DNA of 64,000 nt, taken from NCBI GenBank assembly GCA_951406725.2, contig OX597819.1:72044001-72108000 (forward strand), given 5' to 3'. Both the position numbers and the translations under genes were made by a program. This DNA is from Octopus vulgaris. Taxonomy: Eukaryota. Every line of letters begins with the position of its first letter. The stretch's first letter is position 1. This document shows positions 40,247 through 52,782 of the stretch, piece by piece. The notes beneath the pieces were generated by a model that was not told where the DNA came from, did not search any database, and saw only the letters and a list, made by a program, of their open reading frames with translations.

Positions 40247-40706
40247 CATAGTGCGTAAGATATTTCAGGGCAGATTTATGTTTATAAAAACAGATATATA
40301 AGAACAGAAAATAACTTTATTTATCAAAAACGCTATGAGGATAAAAATAAACCTTCTTTTCTATATTATTTAATAAAGCCATCTTGCTGGATAAAATGCA
40401 GGTGTTCTGATGATTTCAGACCGTTTAGAATGCTTTTTATGCTTTGATACTGGTGATACGTTTCCATCTTCAGTCTCTAGCTCCTTACAAACTTTGTAGA
40501 CGAAAGATCTAACAACTTTTAAAAATCGAGATATTTCTAAATCCCTATACTCAGCCTTTATAACCTCAATAACAGCATGCCTCTTCATTTCTTGTGTAAG
40601 CGAGGGTCTGCCACTATTGTTTTCTGAAACAAAGTTTATACAGAGTTAGCAAAAAATGCAGCAATGACCCAAAAAAGGTATGTCCCCAAATACCTTACAC
40701 ACCCTG
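40247..40706 (-). mobile_element. Internally deleted Tc1/mariner-superfamily element (DD37D/maT-like) with both TIRs
   Basis: TA-CATAGTGCGTAAGATATTT / AAATACCTTACACACCCTG-TA imperfect TIRs; ORF MKRHAVIEVIKAEYRDLEISRFLKVVRSFVYKVCKEL..IRTPAF (HTH), then a QQDG-like remnant in another frame. Confidence 0.8.
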
Positions 40707-41296
40707 TATATATGTGTATGTGTGTCACAAGGGCGTACAAATCGCCTACCCGCTAGAAATAGAAGTTAAAACACTAATTTAAACCACTAATATCTGACAA
40801 ATACGACATAAAATGAATAGTAGTCGGGAGAACGGGTCAAAGAATTTTTAACATACCTATATAGTCCAATGCTATGTTTTGGTATTTGGATATACTTGAA
40901 TCATGATTTCTGACGAAAAGCCTTACCTTCATCAGCAAGTCTTATCGATTGAAAAATGTTCAACTCGTGACGTTGAAGTCTGCCGGAATTCTGAATTGTC
41001 TTGCGCCAAAATCAGAATAGCTTCAGTGTAAATACGCTAATAACGAGTAAATATTCAGAAGGGAGTATTTATATTGATATTATTATTGCTATTATTATCT
41101 GCGGCAATATAAATAGCTGACAATAACAACAACAATAGTAAAAGTGGTTGCTGGCCTAAAATAGCATATATAGCTACAGAATTAAGATTTATATCAAGCA
41201 TAAGGGAGCACAAGACACCTACCCGCTAGAATGAGGAGTTAAAACCCTTACTTAAACCACCCATAACACTGTCCTATTTTTCAGTGTTATTTTTCA

Positions 41297-41572
41297 GTGT
41301 ATGGCTTAGTGGTTAGGGTGTTGCACACACGTTTGCGAGATCGTGGGTTCGATTTCCAGATGGCGTTGCATTGTGTTCTTGAACAAAGCACCTCTTTCAT
41401 TTCGTCATCTGAGGTGTGGCACACGGTGCACCTGTACAGGTAATGTCGATTTGATGGAGGGAGTAAGCTTATGTGTACACAAACATTTGATCTCTATAAA
41501 ACAAATCATCTGTGTCGTTGTTTGGTAAGAGATTGTCGAACCCTCATACATCGTCAAATGACAGGAGAGTCC
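41297..41572 (+). mobile_element. tRNA-head SINE (family D-like head, another tail)
   Basis: tatggcttagtggttagggtgttgcac..gtgggttcgatttccag..gcattgtgttcttgaacaaagcac. Confidence 0.78.
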
Positions 41573-42365
41573 TTGATATATATATATTTATAAGAAAAAA
41601 CAAAAGAGAAAAGAAAAACGAAGGGGAAAAAAGGGAAGCTGCACGTATAATACATAACTTAGAAGCAGTGCTACGGATGTACATGTACACACGAGATTGA
41701 GACATGGTCAACCTCACCCACTTCTCATGGGGAATTCCGGAAAGAGCTTCGTGAGATCACTGCTGAGACGCTTCCGAAAAAAAAAAGAAAAGCCGTTAGT
41801 AAACCGATTATAGCAGCGACTCCATCTAAGAATATCTGAAGAAGGAATTTTATTCTGAAATATTGAAATCGGACTATGGATGACTAAATTACAACTGGTA
41901 TATAGCCCATTGTTTGTATTATAGTGCATTGTTATACCATTCAAAACTATTTATTCTTTATATGTATAACGAATAAATGTAATAGATGTATAGATGTAAA
42001 CACATTTTTCTTCTTTCTCTCTTCCTTCTTTCTTTCCTTCTCTTTTCCATTGACACTCCTTTCAGATACAAAGGGACACACACACACGCACGCGCACTCT
42101 CTCTCACTTTCTCCCAATTCTTCACCCTCTTTTACTATCCTATATCTCTCTCCGCCCCTACACACTCAATGATACTATAAAAAGAGACGAATCTCCTCAA
42201 AAAAATTCAAATCTGAAGAATCCACTAGAGTGGATGCAAGCACTATTATATATGATTTATAAAAACATGTGACATATTAATAAAAATCTGTAAATATAAA
42301 ACCTTCCATATTTCTGAGTACTTTATTTCTTCTAATATATAATACCGGTAAATCACCTCCAAACC

Positions 42366-42405
<40 letters not shown>

Positions 42406-42549
42406 GTTCTTATGCGGCTAAGAGTTCTGTTTTGTGAGCTAATTAAGCTAATGCAGGGAAAAGACGAAGTGACTCATTAACAACTTACAAATCATTTCAT
42501 AATTTCTGTACAAAGTAATGAATTATTTTCTCTCATATATACACTCAAA

Positions 42550-42777
42550 CGTTTGCGTGTGGGGGTATGTGCACGTGTGTGAGAGAGTGTGTGTGCGTAT
42601 GTGTGTATGTATGTGCGTGTGTGTGTGAGAGAGTGTGTGTGCGTGTATGTGTGTACGTATGTGTGTGCGTGTGTGTGAGAGAGAGTTGTGTGTATGTGCG
42701 TGTATGTGTGCACATTTGTGTGTGAGAGAGAGAATGTGCGTGTGCGCGTGTGAACGTGTGCGTGTGCGCGTGTGAGC

Positions 42778-42812
<35 letters not shown>

Positions 42813-43060
42813 CGCGTGTGTATGAGGGAAAGTGTATGTGTGCGTATGTATGTGCGTATGTGTGTGCGTGTGCGTGTGTGTGTGCGCATATGTGTGTGCA
42901 TGTGTGTGTGTGTGTGTGTAAGTGAGAGAGAGTGTGTGTATGTGTATGTGCGCATGTGTGTGTGTGAGAGAGAGAAAAAGAAAGAATGAATTGTGCGTGT
43001 GTATGTGAGCGTGTGTCTGTGTGAGAGAGAGTGAGAGAAGGAAAGAGAGAGGGAGAGAGA
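42550..43060. repeat. Degenerate (TG)/(GA)/(GCGT) low-complexity tract
   Basis: Directly visible; source of the 238-aa HT-rich ORF. Confidence 0.93.
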
Positions 43061-43589
43061 GAACGCAATGGCGAGGAAGAAAGGCGAAGTTGGTGTTTTT
43101 TCTTAATATATTTAAAAAGCATTTCCGTGTTATCGCCTTGTTGTCATTCATAAACGAGCATGACGTTGTTTGTACCACGCTTTCGATAATTATTTTTGAG
43201 TGTCGCATGTGCCAGTCCCGTTACCCCTAAATCAGCGCCACAAATTGACGGATGGACAGAACAGCACCAACACTTGGTTAGTATTTATTTGGCAGCTGAG
43301 TGGCTAGAAGTAAACCGAAAAAAATGTGATTTCATCAAAGGCACACCTTGCCTAGTCTACAAATTGAAACCGCGAACTTACGGTCGTGTGTCGAACATCT
43401 CTAAGTACGAACTTATCCTCCGTCGGTTACGGCAACGAAGGTTAGACAACTCATATACACACATATATACACAACTACACATAACAGCGGTAGTGTTGCA
43501 ATAGTTAACGATACTGTTGCAATGATGGAGACATATCGGGTAGGCGTGATGGTCACATTGAATATGATAGCAGTGGGTGGCACTATGTG

Positions 43590-43590
43590 A

Positions 43591-43654
<64 letters not shown>

Positions 43655-43720
43655 GGTGGTGGTGGTGGTGGTGGTGGTGGTGGTGGTGGTGGTGGTGGTG
43701 GAGGTGGTAGTAGTAGTAAT
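43590..43720. repeat. (TAG)n(TGG)n microsatellite
   Basis: Directly visible. Confidence 0.97.
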
Positions 43721-44121
43721 ACTGGTGGAATTAGTGGTAGTTATAGTGATAGCATAGGTGGTTGGAGTCTTTGTGGTGTTGGCAACAGTTTGCAAATGGT
43801 TTGGTAGTTGTGGCATTAAGAGTAGCAATAGCGGTGAACGGTATTAGTGTGGTGGTACACGGAGAAGTGAGGCGATGTGTTGGAGTGTCGGCGGTGGATT
43901 TGACGTCAATAGTGGCGGTAGTAGTTCTGGTGATGGCGGTGGTCGTGGTTATGGTGGAGGGGAAAATGGTTCTATGGCAATAACAATAGTGGAAGGCGTG
44001 GTAAATCTTTGGTTCCAAAGAAAAAATATTTCTCTTTAACGCAACTTTAAATCATGAAAATATTATATACACACAATAGCATACACTCGCATGTATACAT
44101 TATATACCACACACACACACA

Positions 44122-44188
<67 letters not shown>

Positions 44189-44456
44189 ATATAATATAAT
44201 ACAATATAATATAATATAATATAATATAATATAATATAATATAATATAATATAATATATTGTAATATACGGATAAAAATCTATATAAGAATTTATGAAGT
44301 ACCAGTGTGTATATTATTGAAGTAGCTTGAATTTAGCGTTCCATTACAGCGTGAGGCGTTTACTTGTTGTAATGGCCCTTAATATAATGAATATATATAT
44401 ATTAATAGTAATAGTATGACAACAAAAGAATGAATTGAGAACTCGATATTGTGTAA

Positions 44457-44618
44457 ATATCTGTAAAATATGTGACAATTATTCGGTTGCCATAATAAAA
44501 CTCCGAGTTTCGGAGGATGTCAGGCGGAAATCTGCTCCTGCATCTTGTCAGTTTATGACTGACGAGATGCCGGAGTATTTATATATATAACCGAATAATT
44601 TTCATATATATATTTTAC

Positions 44619-44624
<6 letters not shown>
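44457..44624. repeat. Fold-back element with hammerhead-like motif
   Basis: Outer IR atatctgtaaaata..aattattcggtt / aaccgaataatt..tattttacagatat; inner hairpin tcctgcatcttgtcagt-ttatg-actgacgagatgccgga. Confidence 0.75.
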
Positions 44625-44687
<63 letters not shown>

Positions 44688-44691
<4 letters not shown>

Positions 44692-44865
44692 GAGAATTCA
44701 CAAAAAACAAAAGAGACAAGACAGGTGGTGTAGACAACAAACATATGTATTAGCATAACGCTCGGGAAGTGAAAAAGTCTTTAACGTTTCGTGCCTAAGC
44801 TCTTCCACAGAAAGGAACACAGAAAGAAACAAGGAAAGAAAATAAAGAATGTGTAGTGGCTAGCG

Positions 44866-44868
<3 letters not shown>
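44688..44868 (-). mobile_element. About 180-bp microsatellite-embedded element with minimal hammerhead-like motif (family H), copy 1
   Basis: Reverse complement is collinear with 62845-63030; flanked by (TA)n on both sides. Confidence 0.82.
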
Positions 44869-44912
<44 letters not shown>

Positions 44913-44987
44913 GTAGATACACATATATTCATATATATATATTTAAATATATTTATACTTTTAGTATGTACGATGGATGGATGGATG

Positions 44988-45090
<103 letters not shown>

Positions 45091-45249
45091 GTGTGGGGGT
45101 GTATACCAAGAGTGAGGCAGACAGAAAGAAATGGTAACGAAATAAATTAGAATTGGAGTTAGAGAGTCATCTTTTCGCCAGATGAATGGAATTAATGGGT
45201 CATTCTGTTCTTAAAAATTTCAAGTCAGCCATTGACAATTGTTATAATA

Positions 45250-45495
45250 ATTATGTACCAGTGAAACACCGGGTTCGTGTATTCGAATAGTCCCCTCCAG
45301 CAAATTTCAGGTCCTGTGCCAATTTAAGAAAGGATTATTATACGATCCCAGTACTCATCAGGTACTTATTCTATCGACTTCGAAAGGGTGAACGGCAAAG
45401 TCGACCCCAGCGGAATTTGAACTCAGAACGTCAAGGCGGACGATATGTCGCTATGCATTTTGATCGGCGTTATACCGATCCTGCTAACTCAAGAC
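45250..45495. mobile_element. SINE family B: plus-strand tail fragment (45250-45335) facing a minus-strand copy (45345-45495)
   Basis: gtaccagtgaaacaccgggttcg..aaggattatt, then ggcaaagtcgaccccagcggaatttgaactcagaac. Confidence 0.75.
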
Positions 45496-45501
45496 TGACC
45501 C

Positions 45502-45992
45502 ACATGGCTTTTGATCTTGATTTATTGGAAGCGCTATCAATGTTTTGTCTTGGTATTAAAGATGAACTACACACACAGACACAGATTTGCCTGTCAGTTG
45601 TTTGGCCCTAACTAGTTGAGCATGTCCCTTAAGGGCTCGCGATATGTGCATCTCATCACAAGCAGAAGTAGTAAGGGAGCACCATAACCATGTGATGAGA
45701 AGAATTCTTTGGGGTTTGAATAATTCGCCTCTGTAAACATGGGTTTTTCTTTCAACAACCCTTATTCAGGATCCTTTTGAGCGGAGTGGGTTACTCAGCC
45801 CGAAGAAAATTTTAACTGGGCCACAACTGTAAAGTAATACCTGTTTATCTTGATAAGAGATCACCATGTCGCGCGCATATAGTTGTGATGCATGAGTCTG
45901 GTGTACCCTTATCAGACGGGTAGTCATGATGGGTATATTGGGCTTCGTATATTTGTACCCCTGTGTCACTTTGATGGCATGCTCTCTCACTC
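45502..45992 (+). mobile_element. Family T element, copy 2 (left end truncated)
   Basis: Collinear with 15135-15607; ends gctctctcactc followed by aat repeats. Confidence 0.88.
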
Positions 45993-46030
45993 AATAGTAA
46001 TCAATAACAATAATAATAATAATAATAATG

Positions 46031-46121
<91 letters not shown>

Positions 46122-46220
46122 CGATGACGATGATGACGATGATGATGATGATGATGATGATGATAATGATGATAATGATGAGGATGATAATGACAATAAT
46201 AATAATAATAATAATAATAA
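45993..46220. repeat. (AAT)n(GAT)n(AAT)n microsatellite
   Basis: Directly visible; source of poly-N/D ORF. Confidence 0.97.
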
Positions 46221-46759
46221 TGTCCAGATGCATTTCCAGACAGTGGCTCTTATGGCTTCTGATCTTAAATGATTGGAAGTGTTTTGTCTTGGTATAAAAG
46301 CTAGGCTACAACAAATATTCTGCTCAATACCACAGATTTGCTTGTCAGTTGCTTGACCATAACCAGTTGAGCATGTTTCTTAGTGGCTGGCAATATGTGC
46401 ATCTCTGATCAAGAGCAGAGGTAGTGGGAGAGCATCATAGCCATGTGATGAGAGGAATTTTTGGGGTTTGGATAATTCACCTTTGGAAACATGGGTGGTT
46501 CGTTCAACATCCTTAAACAATCCTTATTGGGGGACCTCTTGAGCGGGATGGGCTACTCGACCAGAAAAAAATTGTAACTGGGCCCCACATGCAAGGTCAT
46601 GTGCTGGTTATCTTAATATGACACCACCATGTCATGCATATATGGTTGTGATGCATACGCCTGGAGTACCCATGTCAGACGGGTTATCATGATTGGTATG
46701 TTGGGCTTCGTATATTTTACCCCAGTGTCACTTTGATGTCATGCACTACTCTCTCACTC
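46221..46759 (+). mobile_element. Family T element, copy 3
   Basis: Starts (aat)n-tgtccagatgca..cagtggctcttatggcttctgatc at the same point as copy 1; ends ctctctcactc-(aat)n. Confidence 0.9.
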
Positions 46760-46821
46760 AATAATAATAATAATATGAAGACGAAGAAGAAGAAGAAGAA
46801 GAAGAAGAAGAAGAAGAAGAA

Positions 46822-46863
<42 letters not shown>

Positions 46864-47039
46864 CTTTCATGGAAGTTTGATAGATATTGTTTGTTTTTGG
46901 CTAGTGTTGTGATAGTGGGAAATTATAGATAGAAAGGAAATGAGGGGCGTTGATTGGTGGAGGGGAGTAGAGAGAATAGATGAGAGAAAGAATGAAGTCT
47001 GGAACATGATGTGCATGTATAGTTGTGTATACTCATATA

Positions 47040-47380
<341 letters not shown>

Positions 47381-47691
47381 TTGAGTGAGGCATATGACTG
47401 AGGAAGGAAGAATTGAAGAGTGGTAGATAAATACATGAGAGAAATATAGAATTATAGACAGCAGGGAGGAAAGAAACGAAGACGGGAAGAATATAAAGAA
47501 CAATATGGGAGAATAAAGAAATGGCGAAGGTGTGATAAATGGATCAGAATCTGAAATGTATCCGTAAAAAGAAGAATGAAATAAAAAGGAAAAACCAAAT
47601 GAAGAAGAAGAAGAAGAAGAAGAAGAAGAAGAAGAAGAAGAAGAAAAAGAAGAAGAAGAAGAAGAAGAAGAAGAAGAACAACAACAACAAC

Positions 47692-47732
<41 letters not shown>

Positions 47733-47967
47733 CTTTCATGGAAGTGAGTTGTTTGTTGAAAGAGAAAAATGAAATGATTGATGAACAAAATGGCGTCAAC
47801 AATATCGTGGGGAAAATGATACGGTCACGATACATTGAAAATACAAATCTGATTCGTCTCCTTTTACATTGTCATCTAGCATTCTACTAAAGCAAACAAG
47901 CCGTCTCTACCCATAAAGCAAGCATTTGTTTTAAATATATAGCATAGTTTTCCGTTCACACACACAC

Positions 47968-48044
<77 letters not shown>

Positions 48045-48046
48045 CA

Positions 48047-48278
48047 TATTTCTTTATTGCCCACAAGGGGCTAAATATAGAGGAAACAAACAAGGACAGA
48101 CAAAGGGATTAGGTCGATTACATCGACCCTAGTGCGTAACTAGTACTTATTTAATCGATCCCGAAAGGATGAAAGGCAAAGTCGACCTCGGTGGAATCCG
48201 AACTCAGAACATAACGGCAGACAAAATACCACTAAGTATTTCGCCCGGCGTTCTAACGTTTCTGCCTGCTCGCCGCCA
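48047..48278 (-). mobile_element. SINE family B (long-tail variant)
   Basis: atttctttattgcccacaaggggctaaa..acaaacaaggacagacaaa tail as at 16418-16480; core and head present. Confidence 0.93.
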
Positions 48279-48280
48279 TC

Positions 48281-48351
<71 letters not shown>

Positions 48352-48371
48352 TATGTATGTATGTATGTATA

Positions 48372-48985
48372 CGACTGGGTGCCCAAAAGTAATAGGAAAC
48401 ATTCTCTGTGGGACAAGGATCCACTCGCTGTGACCCTCAGGCATCAGTTTGCCGACCGGCGTTGCCCAGCAGGATCTTACTGCCTCGCGGTGCGTCTTTG
48501 TTTCGCAGTACTTCTCTGTTCGTCGGTCTTTGCGATGACTGAAACGAAGGAACAGCGTGCTTCTGTGAAATTCTGTTTTCTGATGGGAAAAACGCGGCCG
48601 AAACAGTGATCATGCTTCAAACAGCTTACGAGGCCGCTGCCATGAGTAAAACAGAAGATCACGAGAAGTTTCCACGCTTTAGGAATGGTCACTTGTTGTG
48701 TGAGGTCCAGCCTCGTTCAGGGCGACCGTCGACCTCCCGAATGAATTAAAAACATGATGAAAATTCATGAACTGACCTTGGAGGACCGTCACCGAACAAC
48801 TGAAAGACCTGTTGATATGATTGGTTTGTCCTGGAGTTCCAGCCAACGAATTTTGAGCGAGGAATTGCGAATTAAGAGTTGCAGCAAAATCTGTGCTTCG
48901 CTTGCTCACGGAAGATAAAAAGCAGTCACGACTTAATGTGTATCTTGAAATTAAAGAAAAGATGGAATTTGATACTAACTTGCAA
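48372..48985 (+). mobile_element. Mariner 5' fragment (irritans-like), decayed
   Basis: TA-CGACTGGGTGCCCAAAAGT end; ATG at 48535 MTETKEQRASVKFCFLMGKT..PRSGRPSTS..LEDRHRT..ILSEEL..RVAAKSVLRLLTEDKKQSR. Confidence 0.88.
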
Positions 48986-49080
48986 CAGCAGTTGGGATTG
49001 TACCGAGCTGTGCCGATATAATGTAGGATAAATATAGAAATAATAATAATAATCCATGGTTGGAATTTATAAATATTTTA

Positions 49081-49961
49081 ATGCATGACTACGCGCGTTT
49101 CCGCAAATCACATGTTTCTTATGATCATAGACTGTATTCCTGGGATGAGTACAGTACAATCTGTAATATTCATGGACATCAGATGGATCTTAGTTCATGC
49201 ATTCATTTCATCAGGTGATATGGCATTAAAGTTGGAAGCAATGAATGTATAACTGAATGAAGTTTATCAATTTTCTTTAATCAATCGGTTCATTCGGCTA
49301 TGTGGGTTTTTCTGTGTGTATTTGATAAGGAAAGAATAGATGATATAGAATGGTAATGATAAAGGAGTGGGAGGAGGGTATGGTGAGGCTAGACTTGTTT
49401 CAATATTTGTGTGTGCACATGTTGGGATGGGTAGTATAATTCATTGGTTTGACCTTAATCACAGCAGGCACTTGAATTCAGATGTTGTAGGGTCAGTAAG
49501 CAAACTTAGTTTTGGTATTGAAGTTCATTATCTGAGATGACAAATGATGTTCACTTAAAGGGTCTTTTACTTACTTCTTGTGATACAATGACATAGCAAA
49601 GGAAAGTAGTTGTTTTTTTGGGGGGGAGGGGGTAGTTCGTTTATATGTTCCTCTCTTCTTCTGTTTGATGCTAATGACGGTTAGTGTTTCTCTGTTTCAT
49701 AATATTCTGCTTAAATTATAGGAAGGATGCCTTGATCTTATGTTTGCATGATTCACCCGTCTTCACTTCACCTTTGTAAAGCAGATTCTTTACCATACAT
49801 TTGATGTTAAATTTGCATTCATTTTCCCGTCTACAGTTACATGTTATATTATCTCTTCTGGTTCTGTAAGCGGAGTTATCAGTGTTCACATTCCTTCTTC
49901 CCTCTGCAACAGTGCACTTATTTAAACCCATTTTTGTTCTCTTTTTATATTTATTCCACAC
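49081..49961 (-). mobile_element. Second Penelope-like remnant (GIY-YIG region) with downstream hammerhead-like motif
   Basis: TCNCRRENECKFNIKCMVKNLLYKGEV (CNC..C..C before the GIY motif), later KCLL remnant; minus-strand GAAACGCGCGTA at 49090-49101. Confidence 0.68.
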
Positions 49962-50325
49962 TTAGAACCAACCCTAAATCAAAACAACGGTTTTAATTGG
50001 GGGTGGTACTTACATATCTACAGTAGTCTACCAAAACTTGATACCTTCATGGTTGTTTCATCTCACCATGAACCCTATGTTATTGTACCTAACCATTTCT
50101 GGCATCCCACGTGTTGATGTGCCTAGATTCTATTGAGTCCTATAACATGTATAATAGGAGAAATCCGAGGGAACAATTACAATATAGCTAAAAGTAGCTT
50201 AATTGTCCCAGGAAATAATCCTGGGATAGTAATGCTTTCATGCATTACGCAATCGTCAGGTTTATGTAGTGACAGTCGTGTTCCACAATTGAAAACTGTG
50301 GTGAAATGGCTAGATTTATCCTTTT

Positions 50326-50400
<75 letters not shown>

Positions 50401-50404
<4 letters not shown>

Positions 50405-50562
50405 CAGAAAATTGAGAAAACTTTTGATCAACAAACAAATTGACCAGCATCGGTTATTTTTTAATACAAAACATATCACATGTTATGTTTTGTATCAAAA
50501 AATAATTAACCGACGTTGTTCAATTTGTTTGTTGATCAAAGGTTTTCTCCATTTTCTGATTA
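50401..50562. repeat. 160-bp near-perfect hairpin palindrome
   Basis: taagcagaaaattgagaaaacttttgatcaacaaacaaattga..atacaaaacata / tatgttttgtat..tcaatttgtttgttgatcaaaggttttctccattttctgatta. Confidence 0.92.
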
Positions 50563-50730
50563 TTTAAACTTGATTCCTGATAAACTTTTGTTTATTTTGT
50601 TGTTACCTGTACCCTATGAGTATAGTGTACTTGCATAACCATGTCCAGGGTTAACATAGGTAATTGATAGGTAGTAAGAACGGATATACTTATCCCTTAG
50701 ACGGTTATTCCAGCCGCTAACTCTGCTTAC

Positions 50731-50768
<38 letters not shown>

Positions 50769-50802
50769 ATTATTATTATTATTATTTTTATTTTTATTTT
50801 TA

Positions 50803-50851
<49 letters not shown>

Positions 50852-50873
50852 GATTATTATTATTATTATTATT

Positions 50874-51171
50874 CAGTAGTTTTATTTTTATAGCGTGCTT
50901 TCACTTCACTACCGAGCACAGCTCTGTGTGCCTTGGGTATGTGCTGTGATTTGTTGTGATGCTCTGATGGTTATTGTATGGAAAGTGTTTTGCGTAGGAT
51001 GTGTGCAGTGCCTAGTAGTGCAATTTTCTGTATGTTATATGTGTTTGTAAGTCCTGGTGTTTTTGTTATGTATTTGTCTGAATATTTTTTTATCATGCCT
51101 AATGCACCTACTATGATAGGAATTGTTTCTGTTTTTAGATTCCACATTCTAGTTACCTCTATTTCCAGGTC

Positions 51172-51174
<3 letters not shown>
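50874..51174 (-). mobile_element. Dong/R4-like LINE 3' end inserted in (TAA)n
   Basis: KDLEIEVTRMWNLKTETIPIIVGALGMIKKYSDKYITKTPGLTNTYNIQKIALLGTAHILRKTLSIQ* plus about 100-nt UTR; (TTA)n on both sides. Confidence 0.92.
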
Positions 51175-51233
<59 letters not shown>

Positions 51234-51264
51234 GGGAATTTTACTTCCGAGTACACGGGAAAAA

Positions 51265-51840
51265 GACATTCAAATTAGATGTACTAAAATGAACATCTCT
51301 CAATGATTAATTCGTATATATAAAAGTAGTTTTAGAGACAGAACCTCCTTCAACTCAATCAACACTGAAACACATGTAGTCTTTTAAACGGAAAATACGG
51401 GATTCAGAATAGATATAGTTAGTATAAGATTTAATATTTAACATTTTATGGAGTGGTCGGGTATAAAATCTTTCACTGTTGATTGAGTTGAAGGTGGTCC
51501 TGTTTCTAAAGCTACTTTTATATATACAAATTAATCATCGAGAGATGTTTATTTTAGTACACCTAATTTGAATGTCGCTCTAAAACTACTTATATATATA
51601 TATATATATATATATACATACCTACACAAATACATACACACATAAACATATACATACATACATACACGACCAGATTTCAAAGGAGACTCCGTACTAAAAT
51701 GAACATCTCTCAATGATTAATTGCTATATATAAAAGTGTTTTAGAGACAAACGTCAACTAGATCAACACTGAAGAAGCATGTAGTCTTTTAAACGGAAAA
51801 TACGGGATTCAGAATAGATATAGTTAGTATAAGATTTCAA
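51265..51840. repeat. Fold-back element (about 105-bp arms) plus a third direct copy
   Basis: 51265-51370 is the reverse complement of 51471-51576; 51691-51837 repeats 51281-51432 directly. Confidence 0.9.
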
Positions 51841-52384
51841 CCGGAAACAATAATATCAGTAAAAGGGGGATGGTTTGCTTAAACTGGCAGAGTCAGAGTT
51901 CACAAATGTATATATGTAACTCCAGTCACAACATAAGAAAATACTTCGATAATTTGTAACATTTAGAAACATGAATCGCCGCCACCACAACGACAACGAG
52001 AGCCAAACAACGTCATAAGTATTAATGTTACAGGCGCAACGATTGTAGCTCAAGATAAGAAATAAATCAGCAATCGCCAGTGTAAACAGTAATTTAATAC
52101 TCAGCTCTCAACAACAAGTGATTCATGGCGAATTTTAAACTTGTTTAATAGACTATGGCCGAAGGCTGATCGTTTATTGCCAGATTCTCTTATAAACGTA
52201 CTAATTTGATGTAATCAGTGATTAGTCATAGAGTTAAGAACGTAACATATTTGGGAGTTCCGAGTTTATGGCTGTTTAATGGACGAAGGTAATGCGCAGA
52301 AGTTGGAAGTCAACGACAGTCTGGTGAGAGACAAAGAGGCATACAGAAAGATTGCATAATTCAAATGACTGTGTGTGTGTGTAT

Positions 52385-52535
52385 AACAGCAGGCGTGAAT
52401 GTATGGTAAAAAGCCTCTTTCCCAACCACATGGTTCCTGATTCAGTCTCACTGTGTGGAACCTTATGCAAGTGTCTTCTACCATAAGCCTCACGCTGACC
52501 AAAGCTTTGTGAGTGGATTTGTCAGACGGAAATGT
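52385..52535 (+). mobile_element. SINE family A, 5' part
   Basis: gcaggcgtg..ggtaaaaagc..cccaaccacatggttcctgattcagtc..gtggatttgtcagacggaaa. Confidence 0.85.
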
Positions 52536-52704
52536 ATGTATATGTATAAATGTAGCAAACAGGTTAATGTAGATTAGAAGCACACCCATCAGTGGCTACG
52601 GAGCTCAGGGCTAAAGGCAGAGAGTGAAGGCTTTATCTTGGCTGCCCAAGATCAGAACTTATTGACCCGGAACTATCAAGCCATACAGAAAGATTGACGA
52701 GCAT

Positions 52705-52761
52705 ACTGGACTTCGTATATTTGTACCCCAGTGCCACTTTGACGGCATACACGGTTCTCTC
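52705..52761 (+). mobile_element. Family T element, terminal fragment
   Basis: cttcgtatatttgtaccccagtgccactttgacggcat..ctctc-(aat)n matches the right end of copies 2 and 3. Confidence 0.8.
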
Positions 52762-52782
52762 AATAATAATAATAATGATAAT

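Noticed and set aside
45892-46272. Poly-Asn/poly-Asp ORF suggesting an acidic biomineral-type protein
   Set aside because: It is an (AAT)n(GAT)n array between two family T repeats; no signal peptide or splice context.
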